The notes below the pieces were generated by a model. The model was given only the letters and a program-made list of their open reading frames with translations. It searched no databases and was not told the origin of the DNA. DNA of 64,000 nt from Verrucomicrobiota bacterium (lineage in GTDB: Bacteria; Verrucomicrobiota; Verrucomicrobiia; Limisphaerales; CANJSG01): the NCBI GenBank assembly GCA_038209745.1, contig JBBQXJ010000013.1:1-64000 (forward strand), read 5' to 3'. This document shows, piece by piece, positions 1 to 9,160 of the stretch; position 1 is the first letter of the stretch; each line of letters opens with the position of its first letter. The position numbers were made by a program, and so were the translations under genes.

Positions 1-256
1 GGTGCGCTCCGTAGATGAAGTAGACGTAGGCGCGGCCGGGAGCGCCCCACATCGCCGCGTTGCGAATGGTCTTCCCTTTGGCTGCGTGGCAGGCGGGGTC
101 GTCGAAGGAAAGATAGGCCTCCGTCTCGACGATCCGCCCACCGACCAACCCGTCCGAGGTGCGGCGAACCAGCCAATGGCCCAAAAGCGCCGGAGCCACG
201 ATTCCGGCGGACGGTTCGTAGAATTCTCGGGGAAATGGAACCGGCGTCAGGGCCAC
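1..256 (-). CDS. mpg: DNA-3-methyladenine glycosylase (MPG/AAG family), 5' part; runs off the window
   Basis: Not in the ORF track. Manual translation from GTG at 256 gives [32 protein letters not shown]...[47 protein letters not shown], with the family motifs IVETEAY and YVYxIYG. Confidence 0.93.
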   Translation of the reverse strand, partial: MALTPVPFPREFYEPSAGIVAPALLGHWLVRRTSDGLVGGRIVETEAYLSFDDPACHAAKGKTIRNAAMWGAPGRAYVYFIYGAH

Positions 257-276
257 GTCTTCGGAGACACCGGCGG

Positions 277-1089
277 TCACTTGGACGGCATCTTCAGCTC
301 CTGGCCGATCTGCAACCGCTCGGGCTTCATTCCGGGATTGGCCCGAATGACCGCCTGCACGGAGACGCCATATTTCTTCGCGACCTGAACGACGGTATCG
401 CCGCTGCGCACCTTGTAGATGCGGACCCGGGCGGCGGGCGGATCGGTCCTCGGCAAAGGCGTGATCGCCGCATTGCGCCGAACGGGCGCCTGCCGCGGAG
501 TTTCCGCCATGGGGGCCGGCGTCTGTTCGTCGGCCTGCGGGATGTTGGATTCCCGGCTGAAGACCGGAGTCTGCGGCTGCAAATTCACCTGGGGCCGGCT
601 GCGAAGCTGGGCTTCGAGCTCCTGGATTTTCCGCTCCAGCATCTCGACGTTGGACCGCAGCTGCACGTTGGCGGTGGTGGTGCTCGCCAGATCTCGCTGG
701 AGGCTGGCCGTCACCGGAGCGATGACTTCGGTGCGGGCCAGGTCGCTTTTGCAGGCCCGGATGCGTTCCCGGATGTTCTCCGCCTGGGTTGATTTCGGCC
801 GGAGCCGCAAAAAGCGCTGATAGTGGTAGATCGCCTCGGCGAAGTCCTGCCGCTTCTGCTCGTTCAACAGGCCCAGCTCCAAGTGCGCGGCTCCGGACTT
901 GGGATTGTTCTCCAGCGCGGCCTCGAACTCCTCGACCGCTCCCTGGATGTCCGCCGCCCGCGCCCGCTCCTGTCCGGCCAGGAAATGCGGGTCACGCTCC
1001 TCCTCTTGCGGCGACATGAACGACGGTTCACACCCCGTCCACACCACCGCCAACAAGATCAACAACCCGCACTGGAACCAACGCGACAT
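277..1089 (-). CDS. TPR + coiled-coil + C-terminal LysM protein, probable lipoprotein
   Basis: Signal with VWTGC; TPR helices ([19 protein letters not shown]); Lys[39 protein letters not shown]. Start placed at MSRWF. Confidence 0.85.
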   Translation of the reverse strand: MSRWFQCGLLILLAVVWTGCEPSFMSPQEEERDPHFLAGQERARAADIQGAVEEFEAALENNPKSGAAHLELGLLNEQKRQDFAEAIYHYQRFLRLRPKSTQAENIRERIRACKSDLARTEVIAPVTASLQRDLASTTTANVQLRSNVEMLERKIQELEAQLRSRPQVNLQPQTPVFSRESNIPQADEQTPAPMAETPRQAPVRRNAAITPLPRTDPPAARVRIYKVRSGDTVVQVAKKYGVSVQAVIRANPGMKPERLQIGQELKMPSK

Positions 1090-1180
1090 GGCGCGAACGT
1101 AAGACCGAGGGTGGCCATTTGTCCACGCGAGCCCCCAAACCATTTGCCAACCAACGACCCCGGCGGCTATCAAAGGGCGA

Positions 1181-1690
1181 ATGTCCTCAGTCGCTGACGA
1201 GCTGCACGGCGCGCGAGAAGCCCAGGGTCATACGATCCATCAGGTGGCCGAGATCACCAAGATGCGCACCGACCACATCCGGGCCTTGGAGGAGGGGAAC
1301 TACGACTTCTTCGTGGCTCCCGTCTACATCCGGGGCTTTGTCCGCACCTACGCCACCCTTCTCAAGCTCGACGTGCCCAAAGTAATGGGCGATCTGGATG
1401 CCGAGCTGAAACAGAGCAAGAAGCACCGCGAAGCCCCTCCCCTGACCGACGAACCCCGGGGACTGCTCGACTGGATCAGCTTCCAGCTTAGCCGGGTGGA
1501 TTGGCGCCTTTGGCTCCCGATCCTTTCCGTATTGGTCGCCGTCGGATTGACGATCTGGGTCTATCGCGCGTTCAAGACCCGCCAGGCTGAAGACCCCCTG
1601 CGAGACCTGGGTCCCGGCATCTATCAGCCCGTCAAACCCGCGGGAAGCGATACTCTGTCCCTTCCCGCACCCACCCGGCCACGCAGGTAA
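1181..1690 (+). CDS. RodZ-like HTH membrane protein (short, no periplasmic domain)
   Basis: HTH_25 pattern (IRALEEGNY..VYIRGFVRTYATLLKLD) followed by one TM helix. Confidence 0.85.
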   Translation: MSSVADELHGAREAQGHTIHQVAEITKMRTDHIRALEEGNYDFFVAPVYIRGFVRTYATLLKLDVPKVMGDLDAELKQSKKHREAPPLTDEPRGLLDWISFQLSRVDWRLWLPILSVLVAVGLTIWVYRAFKTRQAEDPLRDLGPGIYQPVKPAGSDTLSLPAPTRPRR

Positions 1691-1746
1691 GAGTGTGGCC
1701 TAAGATCGGACCTAGCCGTCCGCCCTCCGATCGGACTTTGCGGATG

Positions 1747-2610
1747 CTACGCCGCAGGAGCTTCCGGCCCACGCACCAGATACCCGCCGGACTTCTGGTC
1801 TGCATCCATCTTGATCAGTCCGCGTTTCTGCGCTTCCAGCAGGAGATCGTTGAACGACCGGAAACCGTAGGCGCGTTCGTTGAAACCAGGATTCCGCCGC
1901 TTGATCGCCTGCTTGATCATCGAGCCCCAGATCGACTCGTCCTCCTCGCGCTCCTCGACCAACGCCTCAAAGGTCGTCGTCACCTGCTCCAGCGCGGTCT
2001 CCAACGAGAGCGTCTTCATCTCCGGCACCGGCGCCTCGGCCGGCTTGACCGCCGCGTCCTTGGTTCCCGATGCCGGCCCCGAACCAGCGCGACCACGCTG
2101 CTGCTGCTGCCGCCTGGCGTTGGCCACCTGTTCGCGCACGAGATCGTCGTAGTAGAGAAATTCGTCGCAGTTGTTCAGGAACAGGTCCGAAGTGGAGTTC
2201 TTCACCCCCACGCCGACGACCTTCTTGGCGTTTTCGCGCAGCTTGCTGACCAACGGGGAAAAGTCCGAATCGCCGCTCAGGATCACGAACGTGTCCACAT
2301 GCTGCTTGGTGTAGCAGAGGTCCAGCGCGTCCACGACCATCCGGATGTCCGCCGAGTTCTTGCCCGACTGGCGCAGATGAGGGATCTCGATCAGCTCGAA
2401 GGCGGCCTCGTGCAGGTCGCGCTTGAAGTCCTTGTAGCGGTCGAAGTCGCAATACGCCTTTTTGACCACGATGTGGCCCTTGAGGAGGAGCCGTTCCAAC
2501 ACCTTGCGGATGTCGAACCGTGGATAACGGGCGTCCTGGGCGCCGAGCGCGAGGTTCTCAAGATCGACGAACACCGCCATGGTGGCGTCTTTGGAGGAGG
2601 AGGGATTCAT
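1747..2610 (-). CDS. NYN domain protein with C-terminal OST-HTH/LOTUS domain
   Basis: AVFVDLEN, GKNSADIRMVVDAL, SGDSDFSPLV motifs; C-terminal FNERAYGFRSFNDLL. Confidence 0.92.
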   Translation of the reverse strand: MNPSSSKDATMAVFVDLENLALGAQDARYPRFDIRKVLERLLLKGHIVVKKAYCDFDRYKDFKRDLHEAAFELIEIPHLRQSGKNSADIRMVVDALDLCYTKQHVDTFVILSGDSDFSPLVSKLRENAKKVVGVGVKNSTSDLFLNNCDEFLYYDDLVREQVANARRQQQQRGRAGSGPASGTKDAAVKPAEAPVPEMKTLSLETALEQVTTTFEALVEEREEDESIWGSMIKQAIKRRNPGFNERAYGFRSFNDLLLEAQKRGLIKMDADQKSGGYLVRGPEAPAA

Positions 2611-2687
2611 ACCGATATGACAGGGTGTCTAGCACGCCTCCAGGCCGGCCGCGAGGGAAAGCGTCGCGGTGCTTCGCGCTCGCTCGT

Positions 2688-4007
2688 TCAAGGTTCCTTC
2701 GGCGGACGGTTCCGGATCGCCCAGGGCTTGTCCCGGTGGACCCAGGTTGGCTGTAGATCATCCAGTTGGTTTTGCCACCCCAGACTGCGTAGGCCGCCCC
2801 CGATGACGGAGAATATCTGATCCCTGGACGAACGCTCGCCGAGCACCGTGCCCCACGCCCAAACCTCCCGGGCGGGTGTCAGAACCACGAACGCGCCAAA
2901 CGCCGTGTCGCCCCCGAGACTGTTCGTCGGCAGCGGCAGCAGTGACAAGTCACCCCCGGCGGCGTCATTGGCCCATGGCCTCATCCTCCACCGGGAGCCG
3001 TCCCGCTTCCTCAGGAGGAGACCGTCTTTGTCCCCGGAAACCGAGCGCCAGTCGGCGCCGTCGCCGATCCGGGTCGGAATCTGCGGACTCGCGTAGGGTG
3101 AGCCGCCGAAGTGGCCGGCCTCCCGGCCCCACTCCCAAAGCGTGCCGTCCGATTTGACCGCCGCCCAGAGACCGTAAGTCACGGCCAGATCCACCCAGTT
3201 CGTGTCGGACGAAACCCGGATCGGCACCGTCAGGTTCTCCGGGCTCTGGGGCTTGGTGTTGCCGAGTTTCGGGCTGCCACCCCAGATCCAGAGACTGCCG
3301 TCGGACTGGATTCCCCCGGCGCTCACGCCCCCGGCCCGGATCATCGTCCAGTTCTTCGCGGTTCCGACCTGGACCGGCTTCGGGCTGTCGATCCACGAGC
3401 CGATGCCGAGCTGGCAGAAGTTGTTCAGGCCCCAGCCCCACAAGGTGCCGTCCGTCTTGATGGCATAGCTGCAGACCGATCCCGCTTTCACCTGAGCCCA
3501 GTCGTGGCCCGGTGCGGAGGGAACCGGACGGTGCTCCATCGCGAGTCCCGCAGTGCCGCCCGCCCTTCCGAACTGGCCGTTCCCCAATTGCCCCCGGTAG
3601 TTCGCACCCCACGCCCACAGTGAACCGTCCGCCTTCAAGGCCAGGTTGTGGTCCTGTCCGGCCGAGATCTGGACCCAGTCCTTGTCGCTTCCCACGCGGC
3701 CCAGTTCCGGACTGAAGTTCCGACCGTTGGTGTCCCCGCGCCCGAGCGCCGGCCAGCCGAGATCCTCCCCGCCCCAGGACCAAAGGCTCCCGTCCGGCGC
3801 GAGCACCAGCCCGTGGTTTCTCCCCAGGCTGATCTTCGGCGACAGCGGACCCGCCGGGAGCTGCAACCGCCCGGCCGGCATCAGCCGGCTCCACCCCAGC
3901 CAGCCGACGAGCACGGCCACGACCGCGATGATGCACCACGTTCGGCGACGGAACCGCAAGGTTCCAAGTCCAAGGGGCGGACGGATGGCGTTTGGTGGCG
4001 GTGTCAT
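2688..4007 (-). CDS. RCC1/BLIP-II repeat beta-propeller membrane-anchored protein
   Basis: Repeated HxLALKxDGSLWAWGxNxxGQLG units after an N-terminal TM segment. Confidence 0.88.
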   Translation of the reverse strand: MTPPPNAIRPPLGLGTLRFRRRTWCIIAVVAVLVGWLGWSRLMPAGRLQLPAGPLSPKISLGRNHGLVLAPDGSLWSWGGEDLGWPALGRGDTNGRNFSPELGRVGSDKDWVQISAGQDHNLALKADGSLWAWGANYRGQLGNGQFGRAGGTAGLAMEHRPVPSAPGHDWAQVKAGSVCSYAIKTDGTLWGWGLNNFCQLGIGSWIDSPKPVQVGTAKNWTMIRAGGVSAGGIQSDGSLWIWGGSPKLGNTKPQSPENLTVPIRVSSDTNWVDLAVTYGLWAAVKSDGTLWEWGREAGHFGGSPYASPQIPTRIGDGADWRSVSGDKDGLLLRKRDGSRWRMRPWANDAAGGDLSLLPLPTNSLGGDTAFGAFVVLTPAREVWAWGTVLGERSSRDQIFSVIGGGLRSLGWQNQLDDLQPTWVHRDKPWAIRNRPPKEP

Positions 4008-4124
4008 GGGTTGGGATCATTGGACAAGCCAACCCGAAGAATGGCACACCGGGATTTCAGAGCGTGCCTGCTCAGTTGATTGCAAGGACGGCGCCGCATT
4101 CCGCTCCGCGAATAAACGAACAAA

Positions 4125-4180
4125 CCCTGAAAGGCGGGCCAACCAAGTCATCCAAGACCCGGCGATGCCACCCTTCAGGG
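4125..4180. repeat. REP-like inverted repeat
   Basis: Arms CCCTGAAAGGCGGGC and GCCACCCTTCAGGG form an imperfect hairpin in an intergenic region. Confidence 0.55.
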
Positions 4181-4210
4181 CCTCGAACGGCTTCACCTCA
4201 ACGCCGCCGG

Positions 4211-4408
4211 CTAGGCCGTGGTGTCGAGCCGCCCGGCGGCGGTGAAGGGAGAGTCCGAAACGCCCTTCGCCTCTTCCGCTGCCTTTTGTTGGGCCAGCTT
4301 CTGCACCGCTTGCTTGTCGCCCTTGGTGGCTTCCGCCTCGGTTTGGGCCTTTGTTTCCCGCGCCTCGGCAGCCGGGCTACATCCACATCCTGTGCTTGAT
4401 ACGTTCAT
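4211..4408 (-). CDS. small hypothetical protein (65 aa) ending GRLDTTA
   Basis: MNVSSTGCGCSPAAEARETKAQTEAEATKGDKQAVQKLAQQKAAEEAK...GRLDTTA; helical Ala/Gln/Lys-rich; sigma-28-like promoter upstream. Confidence 0.65.
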   Translation of the reverse strand: MNVSSTGCGCSPAAEARETKAQTEAEATKGDKQAVQKLAQQKAAEEAKGVSDSPFTAAGRLDTTA

Positions 4409-4461
4409 GGTAGAGACCTTCAGCAACCCACTCGGAATTGAGCGGCACTGCGATCAGAACA

Positions 4462-4489
4462 TTATCGGCGAGATGTCGGCGTTGGTTGA
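4462..4489 (-). promoter_or_regulatory. sigma-28 (FliA/SigD)-like promoter
   Basis: Minus strand reads TCAA-N16-GCCGATAA, a perfect sigma-28 -10 box, about 55 nt upstream of the ATG at 4408. Confidence 0.6.
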
Positions 4490-4538
4490 GACGGTCGAAG
4501 TCCCGATTGGGAAACATCCGGAATCGCGGGCGGACCCG

Positions 4539-4662
4539 GCTCCCGTTCTTCCGAGCGCAGCCGGAGGAGGGAGTTGGGGAGAAGAGGTTTTCTACGCATT
4601 TGCCCGCATCGAAGCCCCTCTCTCCGACTCTCTCCCCGTTTTGCCCGAACGGGGAGGGAGGG
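4539..4662. repeat. purine/pyrimidine-skewed palindromic REP-like element
   Basis: GGAGGAGGGAGTTGGGGAGAAGAGG arm faces CCCCTCTCTCCGACTCTCTCCCCG..CGGGGAGGGAGG; lies downstream of mfd. Confidence 0.6.
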
Positions 4663-4725
4663 TTCACGTCACATCCTTGCTCGTCTCCACAAGGAAGCTG
4701 GAATCCAAACTGCTTCGGTCCACGA

Positions 4726-7700
4726 CTACAACGCCAACAAGAGCCGTTTGATCTCCATCAACCGCCCCTTCGCATCGGGTTTGGTCAGGCGGGGGAACTT
4801 GCCGCCGACCTGGAGGAAGTCGCCGTGGCGCGTCAGCATCAGCTTGTCCTCCTTGGTCTCGATGATCGTCACGTTCTTCTCGGCGGCGAGGTGCTTCAGC
4901 TCGGTGGCCAGGTAGAGCAGCTCGGCCGATGGGGGCACGGGACCGAACCGGTCGCGGATCTCCGACTTCAACGCTTCCAAAGCCGCCTTGTCGGCCGCCT
5001 GCGCGAGCTTGCGATACAGCTCGATCCGCTGGGCGGACTCGGGGACGAAGCTGAGCGGCAAATACGCGGGAGCTTTCGGGACGGATACCGGAGGCTCGCT
5101 GCCCGATGCCGGATCCAGGATCCCGGATGCCGGATGGGTTGAGTAGGTGACCGTCTCGCGCGGGATGTGGATGTCGGGAAGCGGCTTCTTCGTTTTTTTA
5201 TCCGGGATCCGGGATCCGGGATCTGGGATCGTTTCCTCCTCCCCCGGATTCATCGCGAGGAAGTCGATCCGCAGCAGCGTCTGCACCCGGGCCTTCGGCT
5301 TCTCGCCCTTCAGCACGGCGATGCTCTGGGCGAGCAATTGGCAATACAGCTCGAAGCCCACCGCCGTGATGTGGCCGCTCTGCTGGGAGCCGAGGAGGTT
5401 GCCCGCGCCCCGGATCTCGAGGTCGCGCATGGCGATTTTGAAGCCGCTGCCGAGAGTCGAATACTGCTTCAACGCGCTGAGGCGTTTACGCGCGTCGGCC
5501 AACACGCCGGCGTGGCGCGGCAGCATCAGGTAGGCGTAGGCCTGGTGCTTGTAGCGGCCCACGCGTCCGCGCAGCTGATAGAGGCCGCTCAGGCCGAAGC
5601 GGTCGGCGCGGTCGATGATGATGGTATTGGCGTTGGGGATGTCCAAACCGCTCTCGATGATCGTGGTGGAGAGCAGCACGTCGGCCTCGCCGTTGACGAA
5701 CTTGGTCATCACTTCCTCCAGATCGTCCGAGCTCATCTGGCCGTGCCCGACGGCGAACCGCGCTTCCGGCACAAGCGCCTGGAGCTTCGCGGCGACGGCG
5801 TCGATGTCGAAGACGCGGTTGTGGAGGTAGAACACCTGGCCGCCGCGATTCAGCTCGCGCTGAATGGCGTCGCGGATGAGGCGCTCGTCGTATTGCGTGA
5901 CGATGGTCTCCACCGGCAAGCGGTCCTGCGGCGGCGTCTCGATGGTGCTCATGTCGCGCGCGCCGGTGAGGGCGAGATAGAGCGTGCGCGGGATGGGCGT
6001 GGCGCTGAGCGTGAGCACGTCGACCATGCGGCGGATGAGCTTGAAGCGCTCCTTGTGCAGCACGCCGAAACGCTGTTCCTCGTCGATCACCACGAGGCCG
6101 AGATCCTTGAAGACGATGTCCGGCTGCACCAATCGGTGGGTGCCGATGACGATGTCCACCTGGCCGGACGCGAGGCCTTCCAGCACCTTCCCCTGCTCCT
6201 TGCGCGTGCGGAAGCGGGAGAGCAGTTCGATGCTGATCGGGTAGTCCGCCATGCGTTCGCGGAAGCCGTTGAAATGCTGCTGCGCGAGCACCGTGGTGGG
6301 CACGAGGATGGCGACCTGCTTGCCGCCCATCACGGCCTTGAACGCGGCGCGGATGGCGACCTCGGTCTTGCCGAAACCGACGTCGCCGCAGATCAGGCGG
6401 TCCATCGGCTTGGGCTTCTCCATGTCGGCCTTGGTGGCGTCGATGGCCTTCATCTGGTCGGGCGTTTCTTCGTAGGGGAAACTGCCCTCGAACTCGCGCT
6501 GCCACGGCACGTCGGGCGGGAACGGCAGGCCGGCCTGCGATTCGCGCGCGGCCTGGATCTGGAGGAACTCGGCGGCGAGATCGCGCACCGCCTTCTCCGC
6601 GTCGTTCTTGGCCTTGGCCCAGCGCGTGCCCGACAGGGTGTTGAGCTGCGGACGCGCCTTGCCGGCACCCACGTATTTGCTGACGAGATGCGCCTCGCTG
6701 ACCGGCACGTAGAGCTTCGGCGGTTCGTCGCCGGCATTGGTGGGGGCGAACTCCAGCGTCAGACACTCCTGGCCCTCGTCCTTCTCCGGCACCGCTTCGC
6801 CACGCCGCCTTTTACCGCCGAGCGGGACGACCTTCAGCCCGAGATAACGGGCGACGCCGCACTGGACGTGGACGACGAAATCACCCTCCTGCAGATCGGC
6901 GAAATTGATGTCCAAGGCCGACCGCGTGGTCTGCGCGTGGGGCGATTTCAGCCGTCGCGGCCGCTGGACCTTGTAGCGCCCGAAGATCTCGGCATCGGTC
7001 ACGACGACGAGCTTGGCCGCTTCGAAGAGAAAGCCGCGACGAAGCGAGCCCAGGGAAGTCCGAGGTCCCGAGTCCAAGTTCCCAAGCCGACTCTTCGACT
7101 TCGTGGCTGTCTTGGGTTTGGACTTTGGACCTTGGACTTCGGACTCGGGACTCTTCGCCAGGCCGTATTCCTCCCACACCTCGCCAAAACGCTGTTGCTC
7201 GCCGTCTGTGTTGCAGAACACGTGGACCTGCCAGCCTTGGCGCAACCAGCGATGGAGCTGCGCGAAGAACTCCCGCCGCTGCGCCTCGGCGATCTGCTGC
7301 TCCGGCGGCCGCTCACCCATCGGGCGGAAGGCATCGAGCGTGGCAAAGGCGAATTGGTCCGTCGCCGCCGACGTCGGGAGGCGGACGGCGGCGTCCTCCG
7401 ATTCAGCCGAATCCGCCTCGTCACCATGGCGGCTGCTTTCCGGTGATTCCGTCAACGACACCACGGTCGCCTTCCGCGTCATCAGTTCCGCCTGGAACTC
7501 GGCCCAGCTCATGAACGCCGGATCTCCTTCGGGAATCTGTGCGGCGTAGTGATCGGCGGCGTGGTCCAGCAGTTCGGGTTCGCTGAGCAGGAAGATCGCG
7601 TTGGATGGGAGGTAGTCGAGGAGCGTGGCCAGTCCCAATCCTTCTCCTTCTCGCTCTCCTCCTCGTTCTCGAACCGTTCCTTCCGGGGAAGAGAAGGATT

Positions 7701-8589
7701 CCCCGGATTCCAGAATGCGTTTCCGGATCAAGCCCAGCTCCCCGCCGGGAGGCACGGTCACCGTCTCGATCTGTTCCCGCGAAATCTGGCTGACGGGATC
7801 GAACTCCCGCAGCGACTCCAGTTCGTCGCCGAAGAACTCCAGCCGTACCGGCCAGTGCGCCGGCAAAGGCCACACGTCCACGATGCCGCCCCGCAACGCG
7901 ATGTGTCCCTTCATCGTGACCTGCGCCTCAGGTTCGTAGCCCTGGTCCTCCAGCCATTCGATCAGGTCCAGCGGGTCGATCCTTTCCCCGCGCTTCAACA
8001 TACGGGTGCGGGAGGCGACTTCGGCAGGAGGCAGGGTCTTTTGGAGAAGCGCGGAGACGGAGGTGACGATGAGCGGATGCCTGATCCAGGATGCCTGATC
8101 CCGGATACCCGGCTTCCCTCCGGACGCTTTCTTCTTTGCGCCAGCCTTCCGGGATCCGGCATCGGGTATCTGGCATCGGGAAAGCGCCACCAGCGTCTGG
8201 AGCCGTTCGCTGATCACGTCCGCGTGGGCCAGTTTCGTCTCGTGGGGCAACACTTCCCAAGCCGGATAAAAGAGCGGACGGCTCTCCGGCATCGGGGATT
8301 CAGCGTCGGGCATCGGGCATCGGGCATCGGGCACCTGTCCCCCCATCCACGTTTCCAGATCGAGCTGCGCGCTCTCCTGCGACTTCAGCAGATCCGTCAC
8401 CAGGACCACTGGCCGGTCGGGAAACCAATGCCGCACCACGGCGGCGAAGAACGGTTGCGCCGGCGCCGGCACCGTGACCAACGACAACACGCCGCCCCGC
8501 TCCAATCGTCCACGCAGGGCCTGCGCGACGGGAGACTCGGCGACGGCGGCCACGATGGACGGAGCCGCGGCTGGAATCGGGTCGACCAA
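4726..8589 (-). CDS. mfd: transcription-repair coupling factor Mfd with several in-frame repeat-derived insertions
   Basis: UvrB-homology region, CarD-like RID, MDRLICGDVGFGKTEVA, VIDEEQRFGV, LSATPIPRTL, QLRGRVGR, RDLEIRGAGNLLG, C-terminal TRCF domain. Confidence 0.98.
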   Translation of the reverse strand: MVDPIPAAAPSIVAAVAESPVAQALRGRLERGGVLSLVTVPAPAQPFFAAVVRHWFPDRPVVLVTDLLKSQESAQLDLETWMGGQVPDARCPMPDAESPMPESRPLFYPAWEVLPHETKLAHADVISERLQTLVALSRCQIPDAGSRKAGAKKKASGGKPGIRDQASWIRHPLIVTSVSALLQKTLPPAEVASRTRMLKRGERIDPLDLIEWLEDQGYEPEAQVTMKGHIALRGGIVDVWPLPAHWPVRLEFFGDELESLREFDPVSQISREQIETVTVPPGGELGLIRKRILESGESFSSPEGTVRERGGEREGEGLGLATLLDYLPSNAIFLLSEPELLDHAADHYAAQIPEGDPAFMSWAEFQAELMTRKATVVSLTESPESSRHGDEADSAESEDAAVRLPTSAATDQFAFATLDAFRPMGERPPEQQIAEAQRREFFAQLHRWLRQGWQVHVFCNTDGEQQRFGEVWEEYGLAKSPESEVQGPKSKPKTATKSKSRLGNLDSGPRTSLGSLRRGFLFEAAKLVVVTDAEIFGRYKVQRPRRLKSPHAQTTRSALDINFADLQEGDFVVHVQCGVARYLGLKVVPLGGKRRRGEAVPEKDEGQECLTLEFAPTNAGDEPPKLYVPVSEAHLVSKYVGAGKARPQLNTLSGTRWAKAKNDAEKAVRDLAAEFLQIQAARESQAGLPFPPDVPWQREFEGSFPYEETPDQMKAIDATKADMEKPKPMDRLICGDVGFGKTEVAIRAAFKAVMGGKQVAILVPTTVLAQQHFNGFRERMADYPISIELLSRFRTRKEQGKVLEGLASGQVDIVIGTHRLVQPDIVFKDLGLVVIDEEQRFGVLHKERFKLIRRMVDVLTLSATPIPRTLYLALTGARDMSTIETPPQDRLPVETIVTQYDERLIRDAIQRELNRGGQVFYLHNRVFDIDAVAAKLQALVPEARFAVGHGQMSSDDLEEVMTKFVNGEADVLLSTTIIESGLDIPNANTIIIDRADRFGLSGLYQLRGRVGRYKHQAYAYLMLPRHAGVLADARKRLSALKQYSTLGSGFKIAMRDLEIRGAGNLLGSQQSGHITAVGFELYCQLLAQSIAVLKGEKPKARVQTLLRIDFLAMNPGEEETIPDPGSRIPDKKTKKPLPDIHIPRETVTYSTHPASGILDPASGSEPPVSVPKAPAYLPLSFVPESAQRIELYRKLAQAADKAALEALKSEIRDRFGPVPPSAELLYLATELKHLAAEKNVTIIETKEDKLMLTRHGDFLQVGGKFPRLTKPDAKGRLMEIKRLLLAL

Positions 8590-8793
8590 AACTGGAGCGC
8601 AAGCTGTTGGGTGGAACCCCGCCCGTCAACCCGGATGGCGGCGATATCGGCTTCGTAGTCTTCGAATTTGCGAACGTGCCGCCACCGGCGCAAAGCGTCT
8701 TGGACCGCGCCGCGCTCCAAAAGCACCGCCATGCTCGGGCGTCATGCCTTGTTTCAGCCCGGAATGCCGGGAGAACCCGTGTCGGTGAATGCT

Positions 8794-8850
8794 GGCGGCT
8801 GACTCCCGTCTGCCGCTACAGCCCCGTAGCGGCGACCGGGAGTTCGCCGC
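8794..8850. repeat. REP-like palindrome
   Basis: GGCGGCTGACTCCCGTCTGCCGCTAC and GTAGCGGCGACCGGGAGTTCGCCGCC are inverted arms around a short loop. Confidence 0.65.
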
Positions 8851-9160
8851 CAATCCATTCCTGAAACGTCCTCAACGGCGGGTCGTGTCCCGCTGAATTG
8901 CCTTGGGATCGACGAAGAACTCGAACTCCAGCGGACTGCAGTAGATGACTCCCGCCCATCGGAGACGCGGCGCGGCACTCACGGCACGGGACCGCAAAAT
9001 GGGTGGACGGGCCGATCTCCATTCCATGAGCAGGTCGGGCACCTACCGGACCTTGGTCAACACGTTCGGACGGGCCGCGCCGGCGGCCGGGTGCTGATTG
9101 CTTGAATCCTCCGACCTTTCGCTGGACCGCCGCCGGACCTCCCGTTCTACTCGGCCGGCA

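Noticed and set aside
1747..2610. NYN ribonuclease as a toxin or defence gene
   Set aside because: Common stand-alone NYN-LOTUS architecture with no antitoxin or defence context.
5105..8335. Heptamer arrays as CRISPR repeats or inteins
   Set aside because: No regular repeat-spacer units or cas genes. The inserts are short and lack intein terminal residues (Cys/Ser start, His-Asn end).
8397..8732. Small ORFs in the mfd-permease intergenic region
   Set aside because: They overlap the mfd start or derive from degenerate REP sequence; no recognisable protein features.
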